Source of the DNA: Uliginosibacterium gangwonense | GTDB lineage: Bacteria; Pseudomonadota; Gammaproteobacteria; Burkholderiales; Rhodocyclaceae | Reading direction: 5' to 3' | DNA: 64,000 nucleotides | Assembly (NCBI GenBank): GCA_005239635.1 | Contig: SBBQ01000039.1 | Coordinates: 19,299 to 83,298 of the forward strand | Shown: positions 27,022 to 36,010 of the stretch, piece after piece | Layout: every line of letters starts with the position of its first letter | Position numbering within the stretch: position 1 is the stretch's first letter | The notes under the pieces: generated by a model | What the model saw: the letters and a program-made list of their open reading frames with translations, nothing else | What the model was told of the DNA's origin: nothing | Database searches by the model: none | Made by a program: the position numbers and the translations under genes

Positions 27022-28893
27022 ATGAGTGATTTCGCCGGAATGGAAGATCTACTACAGGATTTCCTGATCGAAGCCTCCGATTTGCTGTCGGGTGTCGACA
27101 ACAAGTTGGTTGATCTGGAAAAGAGCCCGAGTGATCGTGGTCTGCTGAACGACATCTTCCGTGGTTTTCATACCATTAAGGGTGGCGCAGGTTTCCTGAA
27201 TGCGACCGAACTGGTGACCTTGTGCCACCTCACTGAAAACCTGTTTGACAAGTTGCGCAACGGTGAGCTGCAAGTGACGCCAGAAATTCTGGACGTGATT
27301 CTTTCTGCGACCGCGACGGTACGTAATATGTTTGGCGAGCTCGAAGTTGCGAGCCAACCGGGCGCTGCTGATCCGGCACTGCTAGAGTCATTGAAGGCTG
27401 CGTTGTCTGGCAACCTAGAAGCTGTGGCTGCGCCTGCCGCCGCCCCTGTGGCAGTAACTGTACCGGTTGCCAGCGAGCATGGCCCTGATTGGAATACACT
27501 GCATCAAGCCGTGACGGGCGTGGTGCCGCAGGCAGCAGCGGTTGTCGCTGAGCCTGAAGATGCGCGTGCTGCCAATGAAGAAGCGACACCGATTCCGTCT
27601 GCACTGGGTCGTCGTGTGACGGATAAGCCCGGTTATTCTGGCCCAACAGGCCGTCGCGATGGCGAAAAGAGCCGTGATAACTCCATTCGTGTTGATACCG
27701 CACGTCTGGACCAAGTTTTGAATCTGTCAGGCGAAATTGGTTTGACCAAGAACCGTTTGACCTCGCTGCGTTCAGACATTCTAAGCGGTAAAAACGATAC
27801 TGAAACGATGCATGCACTCGATGTGGCTGTGAGCCAACTCGACCTGCTGGTTTCTGATCTGCAAAACGCCGTGATGAAAACGCGTATGCAGCCAATTGGT
27901 CGCTTGTTCCAAAAATACCCGCGTATTGCACGTGACCTGGCGCGTTCGCTGGGCAAGGATGTTGAATTGGTGCTGGCCGGTGAAGATACCGAAATCGACA
28001 AGACGATGATTGAAGATTTGTCTGATCCGATCATTCACTTGATTCGTAACGCAGTGGATCATGGCATTGAAACGACCGATGAGCGTCGTGCTGCTGGCAA
28101 ATCATCCAAATGTATCGTGCGTCTTGAAGCGCGTCAGGAAGGCGATCACATCGTAATCCTCGTGTCTGACGATGGTCGCGGCATGAACCCTGAGAAAATC
28201 CGTGCGAAAGCGGTACAAAAGGGCCTGATCACGGATGAAGAAGCCAACACTATGGATGAGCGTCAGAGCTTGAATCTGATCTTCCTGCCGGGCTTCTCAA
28301 CCAAGGATGTGGTGAGCGACGTATCGGGTCGTGGCGTGGGCATGGATGTGGTGAAGACCAACATCCTTAAGCTGAATGGCTCCATTGAAATTAAGTCCAC
28401 TCCGGGCAAGGGTTCAACCTTCACGATTTCACTGCCGCTCACCTTGGCAATTCTGCCGGTATTACTGGTGAAGCTGGAAGACCAACCGTTTGCAGTGCCG
28501 CTGTCCATGGTTCGCGAAATTCTGCCGCTGGAACAGCACGAACTGCAAGAAGTGGGCGGTCGCGCCACCATGGTGGTGCGCGGCGAAGTCCTGCCAGTAA
28601 TGCCTTTAGCGCATTTGGTGGGCTGGCCCGCACAAAAGAATCCTGAGTATGGCGTGTTGATGCAAACCGCAGAAATCACGTTCATTCTCGCGATCGACAG
28701 CTTCGCAGGTCGCGAAGATGCCGTGATCAAGTCTTTGGACGATTTCCGTCCGAAGGGTGTAGCGGGCGTTACCACGCTGTCGAATGGTCAGATTGTGCTG
28801 ATCCTAGACATGAAGGAACTGCTCAACGCACTGGGTGACCAACGTGGTGTGCCGCGTACCGTGCTGGTTCCGCCGCAACTGCGTGCTGCATAA
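27022..28893 (+). CDS. cheA: Chemotaxis histidine kinase CheA (pathway 2; no recognisable P2 domain)
   Basis: Hpt domain (FRGFHTIKGGAGFL). An ~85-aa Ala/Pro/Val-rich linker replaces P2. P3 (IRVDTARLDQVLNLSGE), HATPase (DPIIHLIRNAVDHG, SDDGRG, GRGVGMD) and a P5 CheW-like end. Confidence 0.92.
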   Translation: MSDFAGMEDLLQDFLIEASDLLSGVDNKLVDLEKSPSDRGLLNDIFRGFHTIKGGAGFLNATELVTLCHLTENLFDKLRNGELQVTPEILDVILSATATVRNMFGELEVASQPGAADPALLESLKAALSGNLEAVAAPAAAPVAVTVPVASEHGPDWNTLHQAVTGVVPQAAAVVAEPEDARAANEEATPIPSALGRRVTDKPGYSGPTGRRDGEKSRDNSIRVDTARLDQVLNLSGEIGLTKNRLTSLRSDILSGKNDTETMHALDVAVSQLDLLVSDLQNAVMKTRMQPIGRLFQKYPRIARDLARSLGKDVELVLAGEDTEIDKTMIEDLSDPIIHLIRNAVDHGIETTDERRAAGKSSKCIVRLEARQEGDHIVILVSDDGRGMNPEKIRAKAVQKGLITDEEANTMDERQSLNLIFLPGFSTKDVVSDVSGRGVGMDVVKTNILKLNGSIEIKSTPGKGSTFTISLPLTLAILPVLLVKLEDQPFAVPLSMVREILPLEQHELQEVGGRATMVVRGEVLPVMPLAHLVGWPAQKNPEYGVLMQTAEITFILAIDSFAGREDAVIKSLDDFRPKGVAGVTTLSNGQIVLILDMKELLNALGDQRGVPRTVLVPPQLRAA

Positions 28894-28904
28894 GGAGTTG
28901 AATC

Positions 28905-29282
28905 ATGGGATTGCCGCTGACCGTTGAAAAGCGCGAGCATGTTGCTGCGCAAGCCGCTAATGACACGATTGGTCATGGTGAGCAAATCAGCCAAATCGAA
29001 ACTTTGCGTGCCAACATTGAAATGTTATCTGCCAAGTTGTCGTTGCTGGCACTCAATACGCAACTCGAATCGGTTGATAGCGCATCACTGGGCGCGCTGC
29101 TGCCGACCTTGCCCAATATGATGGGCCGTTTGCGCGAGGTCAGCTCGTTGATTCAAGAGTCCTCTCTGTCCGGCGAGATCATTCGTGAAGCTGAAGATCT
29201 CGACAGCCTGTTGATTGAACAACAGGCACGTATGGCAGAAGTGCCTTGGTCACAGCTAGGCGAGCGTTTTCAAAACGCTTGA
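28905..29282 (+). CDS. Hypothetical 125-aa coiled-coil protein with an MCP-hairpin-tip-like LLALN motif
   Basis: Strong SD aaggag 7 nt upstream; the start is 11 nt after the cheA stop. ISQIETLRANIEMLSAKLSLLALNTQLES resembles the MCP tip [17 protein letters not shown]. No other recognisable domain. Confidence 0.6.
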   Translation: MGLPLTVEKREHVAAQAANDTIGHGEQISQIETLRANIEMLSAKLSLLALNTQLESVDSASLGALLPTLPNMMGRLREVSSLIQESSLSGEIIREAEDLDSLLIEQQARMAEVPWSQLGERFQNA

Positions 29283-29327
29283 TATAAGCGGGGCCGGTGT
29301 GGCGGATTTAGCACTCGGCCGACCTTT

Positions 29328-29711
29328 GTGATCAACGCAGGCCAAATCGCTGGTGCACTTTCCCAAAGCATTCAAGATTGGACACACGACGTGCCCGAGT
29401 TCGACTTCGACTTCAATTTTGACCATTGGCAAACGCTCGCCAGTGGTGACCCCAAGCGTTACTTTGATGAACGCCAGCAGGTCATTGCCGATTTTATTAC
29501 CAGCCAGCCTGAGGAATGTCAGTCGGCCTTGCTTGAAATGCAGGCGCAGATTGATGCATTACGTGCCTCGTCGGGCAGCCCCATTGTGGCCAGCCGTCAA
29601 ATGGCACAGCTGATCGAAGATCACTTGCAATTGCTGTCATCGCAATTGCGCCAACTGCAAGATCAAACCCAAGCTTTACACCAGTCCTTGCTGAGCAACC
29701 CAGGTAGCTAA
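29328..29711 (+). CDS. Hypothetical protein, DUF3135-like
   Basis: GTG start with no clear SD. PEFDFDFNFDHWQTLASGDPKRYFDERQQVIADFITSQPEECQSALLEMQAQIDALRAS fits my recollection of the DUF3135 pattern (FD..LA..DP..F...R...I...I...PE.....L..Q..ID..R). Same reading frame as 28905..29282. Confidence 0.5.
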   Translation: MINAGQIAGALSQSIQDWTHDVPEFDFDFNFDHWQTLASGDPKRYFDERQQVIADFITSQPEECQSALLEMQAQIDALRASSGSPIVASRQMAQLIEDHLQLLSSQLRQLQDQTQALHQSLLSNPGS

Positions 29712-29861
29712 GCTGTCGCTGCCGTTTGGTGTGTTTCAGCGCCATTTCGACTGTCCCACCTAAATCACCTCAATAACAGGGTAATTCAACGCTTATTGGC
29801 CGCATTAGGCCGGTAGGTCGTCGACCACAATAGACGCTCCCCATTTAGTGGCGCGCGTGCC

Positions 29862-30998
29862 ATGGCCGAGGAAAGCGATCTCGAGAAAACAGAACAGCCC
29901 TCAGAACGGCGGCTGCAACAAGCCCGTGAAGAGGGACAGGTAGCCACATCGCGTGAGCTCGCAAGCTTTCTCGTGCTCGCCACGGGCGTAGCCTGTATGT
30001 GGGTGATGGGGGGCTGGGTGGTTCAGCGCTGCCAAGATATGTTGCGACATGGCTTGGTACTCGACCGCCGAACCGTATTCGACACCGAAGTGGCGATGGG
30101 CCGCCTGCCTGAGTTTGCGTTGGATGCGCTGCTCAGCATGATGCCTTTTTTTGCCGCCCTCATTGTGGCTGGGGCAGCGTCAACGCTTGCACTCTCAGGC
30201 TTTAATTTCTCGGCCAAAGCCTTCTCTCCGCAATTTAGCAGGATGAGTCCGCTGTCTGGCATTCAGCGCATGTTCTCAGTACATAGCCTGATGGAATTGT
30301 TCAAGGCCGTTATCACGACCTTAATTGTGGGCTCAGTCGCTGCATGGGTGGTCATGCGTGACCAAGAGGCGGTATTCAGTTTATTTAGTTTATCGATCGA
30401 ACAGGGGATGGCAAGTCTAGGGCACCAATTGCTCATGGCGTGCACCTTGTTGGTTGCAGGACTAGGGCTGATCGCTGCGATAGATGTGCCGTTCCAGCTG
30501 TTTCAGTACACCAAGCGTCTGCGCATGACGAAGGAAGAGCTGAAGCAAGAGGCGAAAGAACAAGACGGTAACCCCGAAATCAAAGCACGTATTCGTTCTA
30601 TTCAGCGCGAAATGGCGCGTAAGCGCATGATGAGTGAAGTGCCCCTGGCAGACGTGGTGGTTACCAACCCGACCCACTATTCGGTGGCGATTAAATATGA
30701 TCGTGAAAAGTCCGGCGCACCACGTGTGGTGGCCAAAGGCACCGGCGATATCGCACTGAAGATTCGTGAGATTGCCGCAGAAAATAAAGTGCCACGCCTA
30801 GAGGCGCCGCCGCTGGCTCGTGCCCTGTACAAGCACACTGAAATTGGCGACCAGATTCCGGTGGCGCTGTATCGCGCTGTGGCTGAAGTCATGGCCTACG
30901 TCTATCAGCTCAACGATGCGATAGCAGGGCAGGGCATGTGGCCTGACAAACCTGAGGATCTAGAAGTGCCGGCCGAGATGGACCCCGGCCCCGGTTAA
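29862..30998 (+). CDS. flhB: Flagellar export gate protein FlhB
   Basis: MAEESDLEKTEQPSERRLQQAREEGQVATSRE; NPTH autocleavage site (VVTNPTHYSVAIKY). Confidence 0.94.
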   Translation: MAEESDLEKTEQPSERRLQQAREEGQVATSRELASFLVLATGVACMWVMGGWVVQRCQDMLRHGLVLDRRTVFDTEVAMGRLPEFALDALLSMMPFFAALIVAGAASTLALSGFNFSAKAFSPQFSRMSPLSGIQRMFSVHSLMELFKAVITTLIVGSVAAWVVMRDQEAVFSLFSLSIEQGMASLGHQLLMACTLLVAGLGLIAAIDVPFQLFQYTKRLRMTKEELKQEAKEQDGNPEIKARIRSIQREMARKRMMSEVPLADVVVTNPTHYSVAIKYDREKSGAPRVVAKGTGDIALKIREIAAENKVPRLEAPPLARALYKHTEIGDQIPVALYRAVAEVMAYVYQLNDAIAGQGMWPDKPEDLEVPAEMDPGPG

Positions 30999-31025
30999 TG
31001 CGCTTCAGCATTTGTAGTCAAAACC

Positions 31026-31053
31026 AAAACGCCGTCTAAATGGACGGCGTTTT
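31026..31053 (+). terminator. Rho-independent terminator after flhB
   Basis: AAAACGCCGTC-taaatg-GACGGCGTTTT, 28 nt after the flhB stop. The A/T flanks make it symmetric. Confidence 0.75.
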
Positions 31054-31142
31054 GCACATTAAGCCCCATGCAAATGTGCAATGAAAACCAGAAGAAAATG
31101 GGGCTGGCTGTAAAAAACGTTTAATTCTCTGTTTTGGACGGG

Positions 31143-31172
31143 TTCGCCAATTTTGAGGCCGTGATTGGCGAA
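31143..31172. repeat. Perfect 9-bp inverted repeat TTCGCCAAT-N12-ATTGGCGAA upstream of flhA
   Basis: Read directly at 31143..31151 and 31164..31172. No T-run follows, so an operator-like function is more plausible than a terminator. Confidence 0.6.
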
Positions 31173-31341
31173 AACTCAGTCTAGATCAGGGGTTGTGGTC
31201 AGATCACCACCACTTGGCTCATGCTGTCTATGAGAAATAAGCGGGTTTCCTCCGTCTTCTCGGGGCCTCAATCACCCTCAAGGATTTTGATAATGCGGCC
31301 ATGCCCTCCTAGATGAGCGAGGGAGCCTTGAGGAGATCAAC

Positions 31342-33453
31342 GTGGCAGGTGCAACAGCCAACACAGCGGCAATCGATCTGCGGTCCATGCTGACCGGTCA
31401 GAATGCTCGCGCACTGGCCGCGCCGATGCTCATCATCCTCATTTTGTCGATGATGGTGCTGCCGCTACCGGCATTCCTGCTCGACGTATTTTTCACCTTC
31501 AACATCGCCATCTCCATCATGGTGTTGTTGGTGGCGATGTATACCCGCAAGCCCCTCGAATTTTCAGTATTTCCCACCGTGTTGCTGGTGACGACGTTGC
31601 TGCGTTTGTCGCTCAACGTTGCCTCAACACGTGTGGTGTTGATTGATGGCCACTCTGGCCCCGATGCGGCAGGTAAGGTGATCGAAGCTTTCGGTCACTT
31701 CTTGGTCGGCGGCAACATGGCAGTCGGTATTGTCGTGTTTGTGATTCTGACCGTGATCAACTTTGTGGTGATCACCAAAGGCGCTGGCCGTATTGCTGAA
31801 GTCTCTGCACGCTTCACCTTGGATGCAATGCCCGGTAAGCAAATGGCCATTGATGCCGATTTGAACGCTGGCTTGATTGACGACAAGGAAGCCAAGCGCC
31901 GCCGCGCAGAAATTTCGCAAGAAGCAGATTTCTTCGGCTCAATGGACGGTGCGTCAAAGTTTGTTCGTGGCGATGCCGTGGCCGGCATCATGATCTTGGT
32001 GATCAATATTTTTGGCGGGTTCATTGTCGGTATCGCACAGCACGATATGGCGATGGCGCAAGCGGGTAAGGTCTACACACTGCTGACGATTGGTGATGGC
32101 CTGGTCGCACAGATTCCTTCGCTGATCATTTCAGTTGCCGCTGGTTTAGTGGTTTCACGCGTTGGCACCGATCAAGATGTGTCGCAACAGTTTATGGGTC
32201 AGGTGATGTCAGACCCGCGTGTGATGTTGCTTACGGCGGGCATTCTGGGTCTGTTGGGTTTGATTCCGGGAATGCCGCATTTCGTGTTCTTACTGCTGGC
32301 AGGTGTGTTTGGCATGCTGGCATGGAAGAAAGCGCAACACGTTGCTGATGAAACTACGCAAGAAATGGCCGCAGCAGAAAATGCTGCGCCCATCGTACCT
32401 GCTGAAGCACAAGAGGCGAGCTGGTCCGATGTGACGCCGGTGGATGTATTGGGTCTTGAAGTGGGCTACCGTCTCATTCCGCTGGTGGACAAAAATCAAG
32501 AAGGTGAATTGCTCAAGCGCATTCGCGGCCTGCGCAAAAAATTTGCGTCTGAAGTGGGCTTCTTAACGTCACCTGTTCATATTCGTGACAACCTCGAACT
32601 CAAGCCCACGGAGTACCGCATCACGCTCAAAGGCGTGCCGATGGGCGAGGGCGAAGCTCATCCGGGTCAGTTCCTGGCGATTAATCCCGGCCGTGTTGTT
32701 GGCGCATTGCCCGGCCGTGAAACACGCGATCCCGCATTTGGTCTGCCCGCGGTATGGGTTGAGCAAGGCCTACGCGAACAAGCTCATGCATTTGGTTATA
32801 CCGTTGTGGATAGCGCCACCGTAGTGGCGACACACCTTAACCATGTGATTCTTGCTAATGCGGCCGAGCTGCTGGGTCGCCAAGAAACACAAGCGCTGCT
32901 GGATCACATTGCCAAAGAACAACCCAAGTTGGTTGAAGACTTGGTGCCCAAGCAAATGTCGTTGTCGACCTTGCAACGTGTTCTACAAAACCTGTTGGAA
33001 GAAGGCGTGGGCATTCGCGACATGCGCACCATCGTTGAAACGGTGGCTGAACACGCAGGCCGCACGCAAGACCCGACTGCGCTCACACAGCATGTTCGTG
33101 TAGCTCTGGGCCGCGCCATTGTTCAAAGTCTGTTCCCCGGCAATGGCGAACTCAATGTGATGGTGCTCGATCCCTCACTGGAACGTTTGCTGATGCAAGC
33201 CGTTGCCAATGGCGGTGAAGGTGCAGCGCTGGAGCCAGGTTTGGCCGACGCGCTGCTGCAACAAGCTGCTGAATGCGCACAACGCCAGGAAGCGATGGGC
33301 TTGCCTGCCGTGATGTTGGTGCCCACCCCGCTGCGCGCATTGCTCTCACGCTTTATGCGCCGTTCTGTTTCTGCACTCAAGGTACTTGCGAACGGCGAGG
33401 TACCTGATTCCCGAATCATCAAGGTGACCGCCGTTATTGGAGGTAAATCATGA
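31342..33453 (+). CDS. flhA: Flagellar export gate protein FlhA
   Basis: GTG 31342 follows SD gaggag. FHIPEP family (MMVLPLPAFLLDVFFTFNIAISIMVLL..FVRGDAVAGI). Large cytoplasmic C-domain. Confidence 0.94.
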   Translation: MAGATANTAAIDLRSMLTGQNARALAAPMLIILILSMMVLPLPAFLLDVFFTFNIAISIMVLLVAMYTRKPLEFSVFPTVLLVTTLLRLSLNVASTRVVLIDGHSGPDAAGKVIEAFGHFLVGGNMAVGIVVFVILTVINFVVITKGAGRIAEVSARFTLDAMPGKQMAIDADLNAGLIDDKEAKRRRAEISQEADFFGSMDGASKFVRGDAVAGIMILVINIFGGFIVGIAQHDMAMAQAGKVYTLLTIGDGLVAQIPSLIISVAAGLVVSRVGTDQDVSQQFMGQVMSDPRVMLLTAGILGLLGLIPGMPHFVFLLLAGVFGMLAWKKAQHVADETTQEMAAAENAAPIVPAEAQEASWSDVTPVDVLGLEVGYRLIPLVDKNQEGELLKRIRGLRKKFASEVGFLTSPVHIRDNLELKPTEYRITLKGVPMGEGEAHPGQFLAINPGRVVGALPGRETRDPAFGLPAVWVEQGLREQAHAFGYTVVDSATVVATHLNHVILANAAELLGRQETQALLDHIAKEQPKLVEDLVPKQMSLSTLQRVLQNLLEEGVGIRDMRTIVETVAEHAGRTQDPTALTQHVRVALGRAIVQSLFPGNGELNVMVLDPSLERLLMQAVANGGEGAALEPGLADALLQQAAECAQRQEAMGLPAVMLVPTPLRALLSRFMRRSVSALKVLANGEVPDSRIIKVTAVIGGKS

Positions 33454-35078
33454 ACGCCAAACGCTATCTGGCCCGCAACGCACGTGAAGCGCTCAAGCGC
33501 ATTAAAGACGAACTCGGCCCGGATGCCGTGATTCTGTCGAACCGCAGCGTAGACGGCGGCGTCGAAATTCTTGCGGCACCGCCCGAGGCGCTGATGCAAA
33601 CCGCTGCGCTGGCGTCGTCTGTCAAACCGGCTACGCAAACTGCGCCAGCAGCACAGTCATCTGCGCGTCAGAGCATGGCGCCGTCACGCGTGCAAGCCGA
33701 ATACGCAACCGATGATTTCCAAGTCAGTCTGTCTTCAAGCGCGCAACCGAACGCGGCCCAAGCCAAGATGACGCAACCCAAAATGGCGCAAGATTTCATC
33801 AACAACACGGGCGCTTTCCGCAGCTTTCAGCCGCGCCAAGCCACGCCTGAAGAAGCGCGTAATGCCTTCCGCTCAGACGCTGCACCCGTTGCAGCGCCCA
33901 ACATGATGGATGCAACGGTTGAAGCCTACGACATGGCGCAACCGGCTGCTATGCAAAGCACTCGCCGTGTCGTGCAGCCCGCTGCACAACCTACCGTTGC
34001 ACCGTCACGTGAAGCATTGGCAAACACCGTGGCTTCTGTTGACGCTGCTTTTGCCAATGTTGCGCTTAATAACCAACACGCGAACCAACATTCGAATCAA
34101 CACGCAGGACAAAGTGCTACTGGCTACAACAGCGGCGTGATGGACGAGCTCGCCGCGCTGCGTGCGCTGGTTGAACAACAACTGTGTGGTTTCGCCTGGG
34201 GCCAAGTGGCGCGCGAAACGCCGGCTAAAAGCCAACTCACAGCCGAGCTGCTAGAAGCCGGTTTTTCAGCAGAGCTGACGCGCCGTTTGATGGACGGCTT
34301 GGTGAGTTCAGACACCGCGGCAACCGCACGCAATGAATTGAAAACGCTCATCGGTCGTCAATTGCGCACGCTCGATGCACAAAACGACATCGTCGATCGC
34401 GGTGGTGTGTACGCCTTAGTTGGTCCGACCGGTGTGGGCAAAACCACCACCACGGCGAAGTTGGCCGCACGCTGCGTGGTGCGTCATGGTGCCGATAGTG
34501 TGGCCTTGATTACGACCGATGGCTACCGGATTGGCGCACACGAACAACTACGCATTTATGGCCGCATTTTGGGCGTGCCGGTGCATGTGGTGCGCGACAC
34601 GCAAGACCTGCAACGCAGCCTGCTTGAATTGGGCAACCGCCACATGGTGTTGATCGACACCGTGGGTATGAGCCAGCGTGATCGCATGGTGGCTGAACAA
34701 GCTGCCATGTTGTCTACCAGCGGTCGTGTTGCGCGTTTGCTACTGCTGAATTCCACCACGCGTTCAGACACGTTGGATGATGTGGTGCGCGCATACGCAG
34801 GCCCCGATTTGGCCGGCGCAATTATGACCAAGGTTGATGAAGCCGCAGGCCTGGGCCCGGTGCTCGATGTGCTGCTGCGCCATGAGCTGCCGCTGTACTA
34901 CGTTGCCAATGGCCAACGCGTACCGGAAGACCTGCATCTGCCCAATCGCCCGTATCTGCTGCATCGCTCACTCAAGCGTGCTGAATCAGATTCACCGCAT
35001 CACTTGCAAGACCACGAGGCCGGTTTGCTCATGGCTGCATCGCGTCAACGCCTAACTGCTGGTCATGGAGGCCTGTGA
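33450..35078 (+). CDS. flhF: Flagellar placement GTPase FlhF
   Basis: 4-nt overlap with flhA. SRP-type GTPase motifs GPTGVGKTTT, TTDGYRIGAHEQL, DTVGMSQRD and TKVDEA. Long Ala/Gln-rich B-domain. Confidence 0.92.
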   Translation: MNAKRYLARNAREALKRIKDELGPDAVILSNRSVDGGVEILAAPPEALMQTAALASSVKPATQTAPAAQSSARQSMAPSRVQAEYATDDFQVSLSSSAQPNAAQAKMTQPKMAQDFINNTGAFRSFQPRQATPEEARNAFRSDAAPVAAPNMMDATVEAYDMAQPAAMQSTRRVVQPAAQPTVAPSREALANTVASVDAAFANVALNNQHANQHSNQHAGQSATGYNSGVMDELAALRALVEQQLCGFAWGQVARETPAKSQLTAELLEAGFSAELTRRLMDGLVSSDTAATARNELKTLIGRQLRTLDAQNDIVDRGGVYALVGPTGVGKTTTTAKLAARCVVRHGADSVALITTDGYRIGAHEQLRIYGRILGVPVHVVRDTQDLQRSLLELGNRHMVLIDTVGMSQRDRMVAEQAAMLSTSGRVARLLLLNSTTRSDTLDDVVRAYAGPDLAGAIMTKVDEAAGLGPVLDVLLRHELPLYYVANGQRVPEDLHLPNRPYLLHRSLKRAESDSPHHLQDHEAGLLMAASRQRLTAGHGGL

Positions 35079-35079
35079 G

Positions 35080-35928
35080 ATGACTGAAGATCAGGCAGCC
35101 GGCCTGCGCCGTATGTTTGTTCGCCGCCGTGCTGGCATGGCCAGTTTTGCGGGGGGGGCTGCTAATTGCGGCAGCACCTCATTGGTATTGGCAACCGCAC
35201 AAGCGTTGGTTGAAGCCGGCGAGCGCGTGACGGTGATCGACGAACACCAAGGGAGTGGTTCGATCAGCGCACGACTGGGCGTGACGACGCGCTTTGATTT
35301 GTTGCAGGCCGTGAATCGCGATGCAGGTTTGGCATTAGTACGTCGTCGCGCCAGCAATGGTGTGGCGGTGGTGGCGGCTGCACGTTTAGCTGCACTGGGT
35401 GATGGTTTAACGCGTTTGCAAGTGCACGCCTTAAACGAATTGCTCGATGAAATTTATAGCCAATCTGATTGGGTGTTGGTGGATGCCGCTGCCTCGCGCG
35501 CGGGTATGTCACCGCTGGCGCGTCGCGCACAGCGTTGGATTATTTCCACCAACTCAACCGGACCTTCATTGACAGGTGCTTATGCGTTGGTAAAGCGCGC
35601 TAGCAACGAAACTAGTGTGGGTGTGGCCGTGCGCCGCAATCGCAATGGCCTAGAAGGCACCCGTATTTACACACAGCTTGCAGAAGTGGCCCAGGCACAT
35701 TTGGGTCGTATGCCGGAATGGCTGGGCGAAATGCCTGCGCCGCCGCAATGGTGCGAACCGGGTCCGCTCCGGTCCGCAGGGGATACCAACGTTCATGTAC
35801 GTGCAATGGGAGAAAAGCTCATGGCTTGGCTCGATATGCGGGGCGACAAAGCACGCCCAGCGGTCGAATCGGCCGGACAGGTGACAGTCGACTATTTGGT
35901 ACAGCAGTTTCGGATGAATCAGCCGTAA
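35080..35928 (+). CDS. flhG: FlhG/FleN-like MinD/ParA-family protein with a degenerate Walker A
   Basis: ATG 35080 follows SD ggagg; the ORF-track start is at 35065. N-terminal DQAAGLRRM (DQAxxLR motif). The expected GKGGVGKT site reads GGAANCGST. Walker B-like WVLVDAAAS and TGAYALVK are retained. Lies between flhF and fliA. Confidence 0.8.
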   Translation: MTEDQAAGLRRMFVRRRAGMASFAGGAANCGSTSLVLATAQALVEAGERVTVIDEHQGSGSISARLGVTTRFDLLQAVNRDAGLALVRRRASNGVAVVAAARLAALGDGLTRLQVHALNELLDEIYSQSDWVLVDAAASRAGMSPLARRAQRWIISTNSTGPSLTGAYALVKRASNETSVGVAVRRNRNGLEGTRIYTQLAEVAQAHLGRMPEWLGEMPAPPQWCEPGPLRSAGDTNVHVRAMGEKLMAWLDMRGDKARPAVESAGQVTVDYLVQQFRMNQP

Positions 35929-36010
35929 ACAACCCATGGCTTGTCTTGGGTTGCATTACGTTCAATAGCAACAGGGATCTCCCACTGAAATCAGCGGAAG
36001 GACGCCGAGT

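Noticed and set aside
27230-27931. Long antisense ORFs inside well-supported genes. Examples: 27230..27931 and 28263..28775 (opposite cheA2), 33123..33638 (opposite flhA/flhF), 36708..37235 (opposite fliA/motC), 54240..54710 (opposite the CZB-MCP), 56001..56510 (opposite fliO), and many shorter ones.
   Set aside because: They lie fully within genes that have strong family motifs on the other strand. Their translations are low-complexity and Arg/Ser/Ala/Pro-rich, with no recognisable motifs or RBS. This is typical of antisense open frames in moderately GC-rich DNA.
31060-31130. Tiny ORF (about 18 codons, MQMCNENQKKMGLAVKNV) in the flhB-flhA gap.
   Set aside because: It has no Shine-Dalgarno sequence, no conservation evidence is available, and its length is within random expectation.
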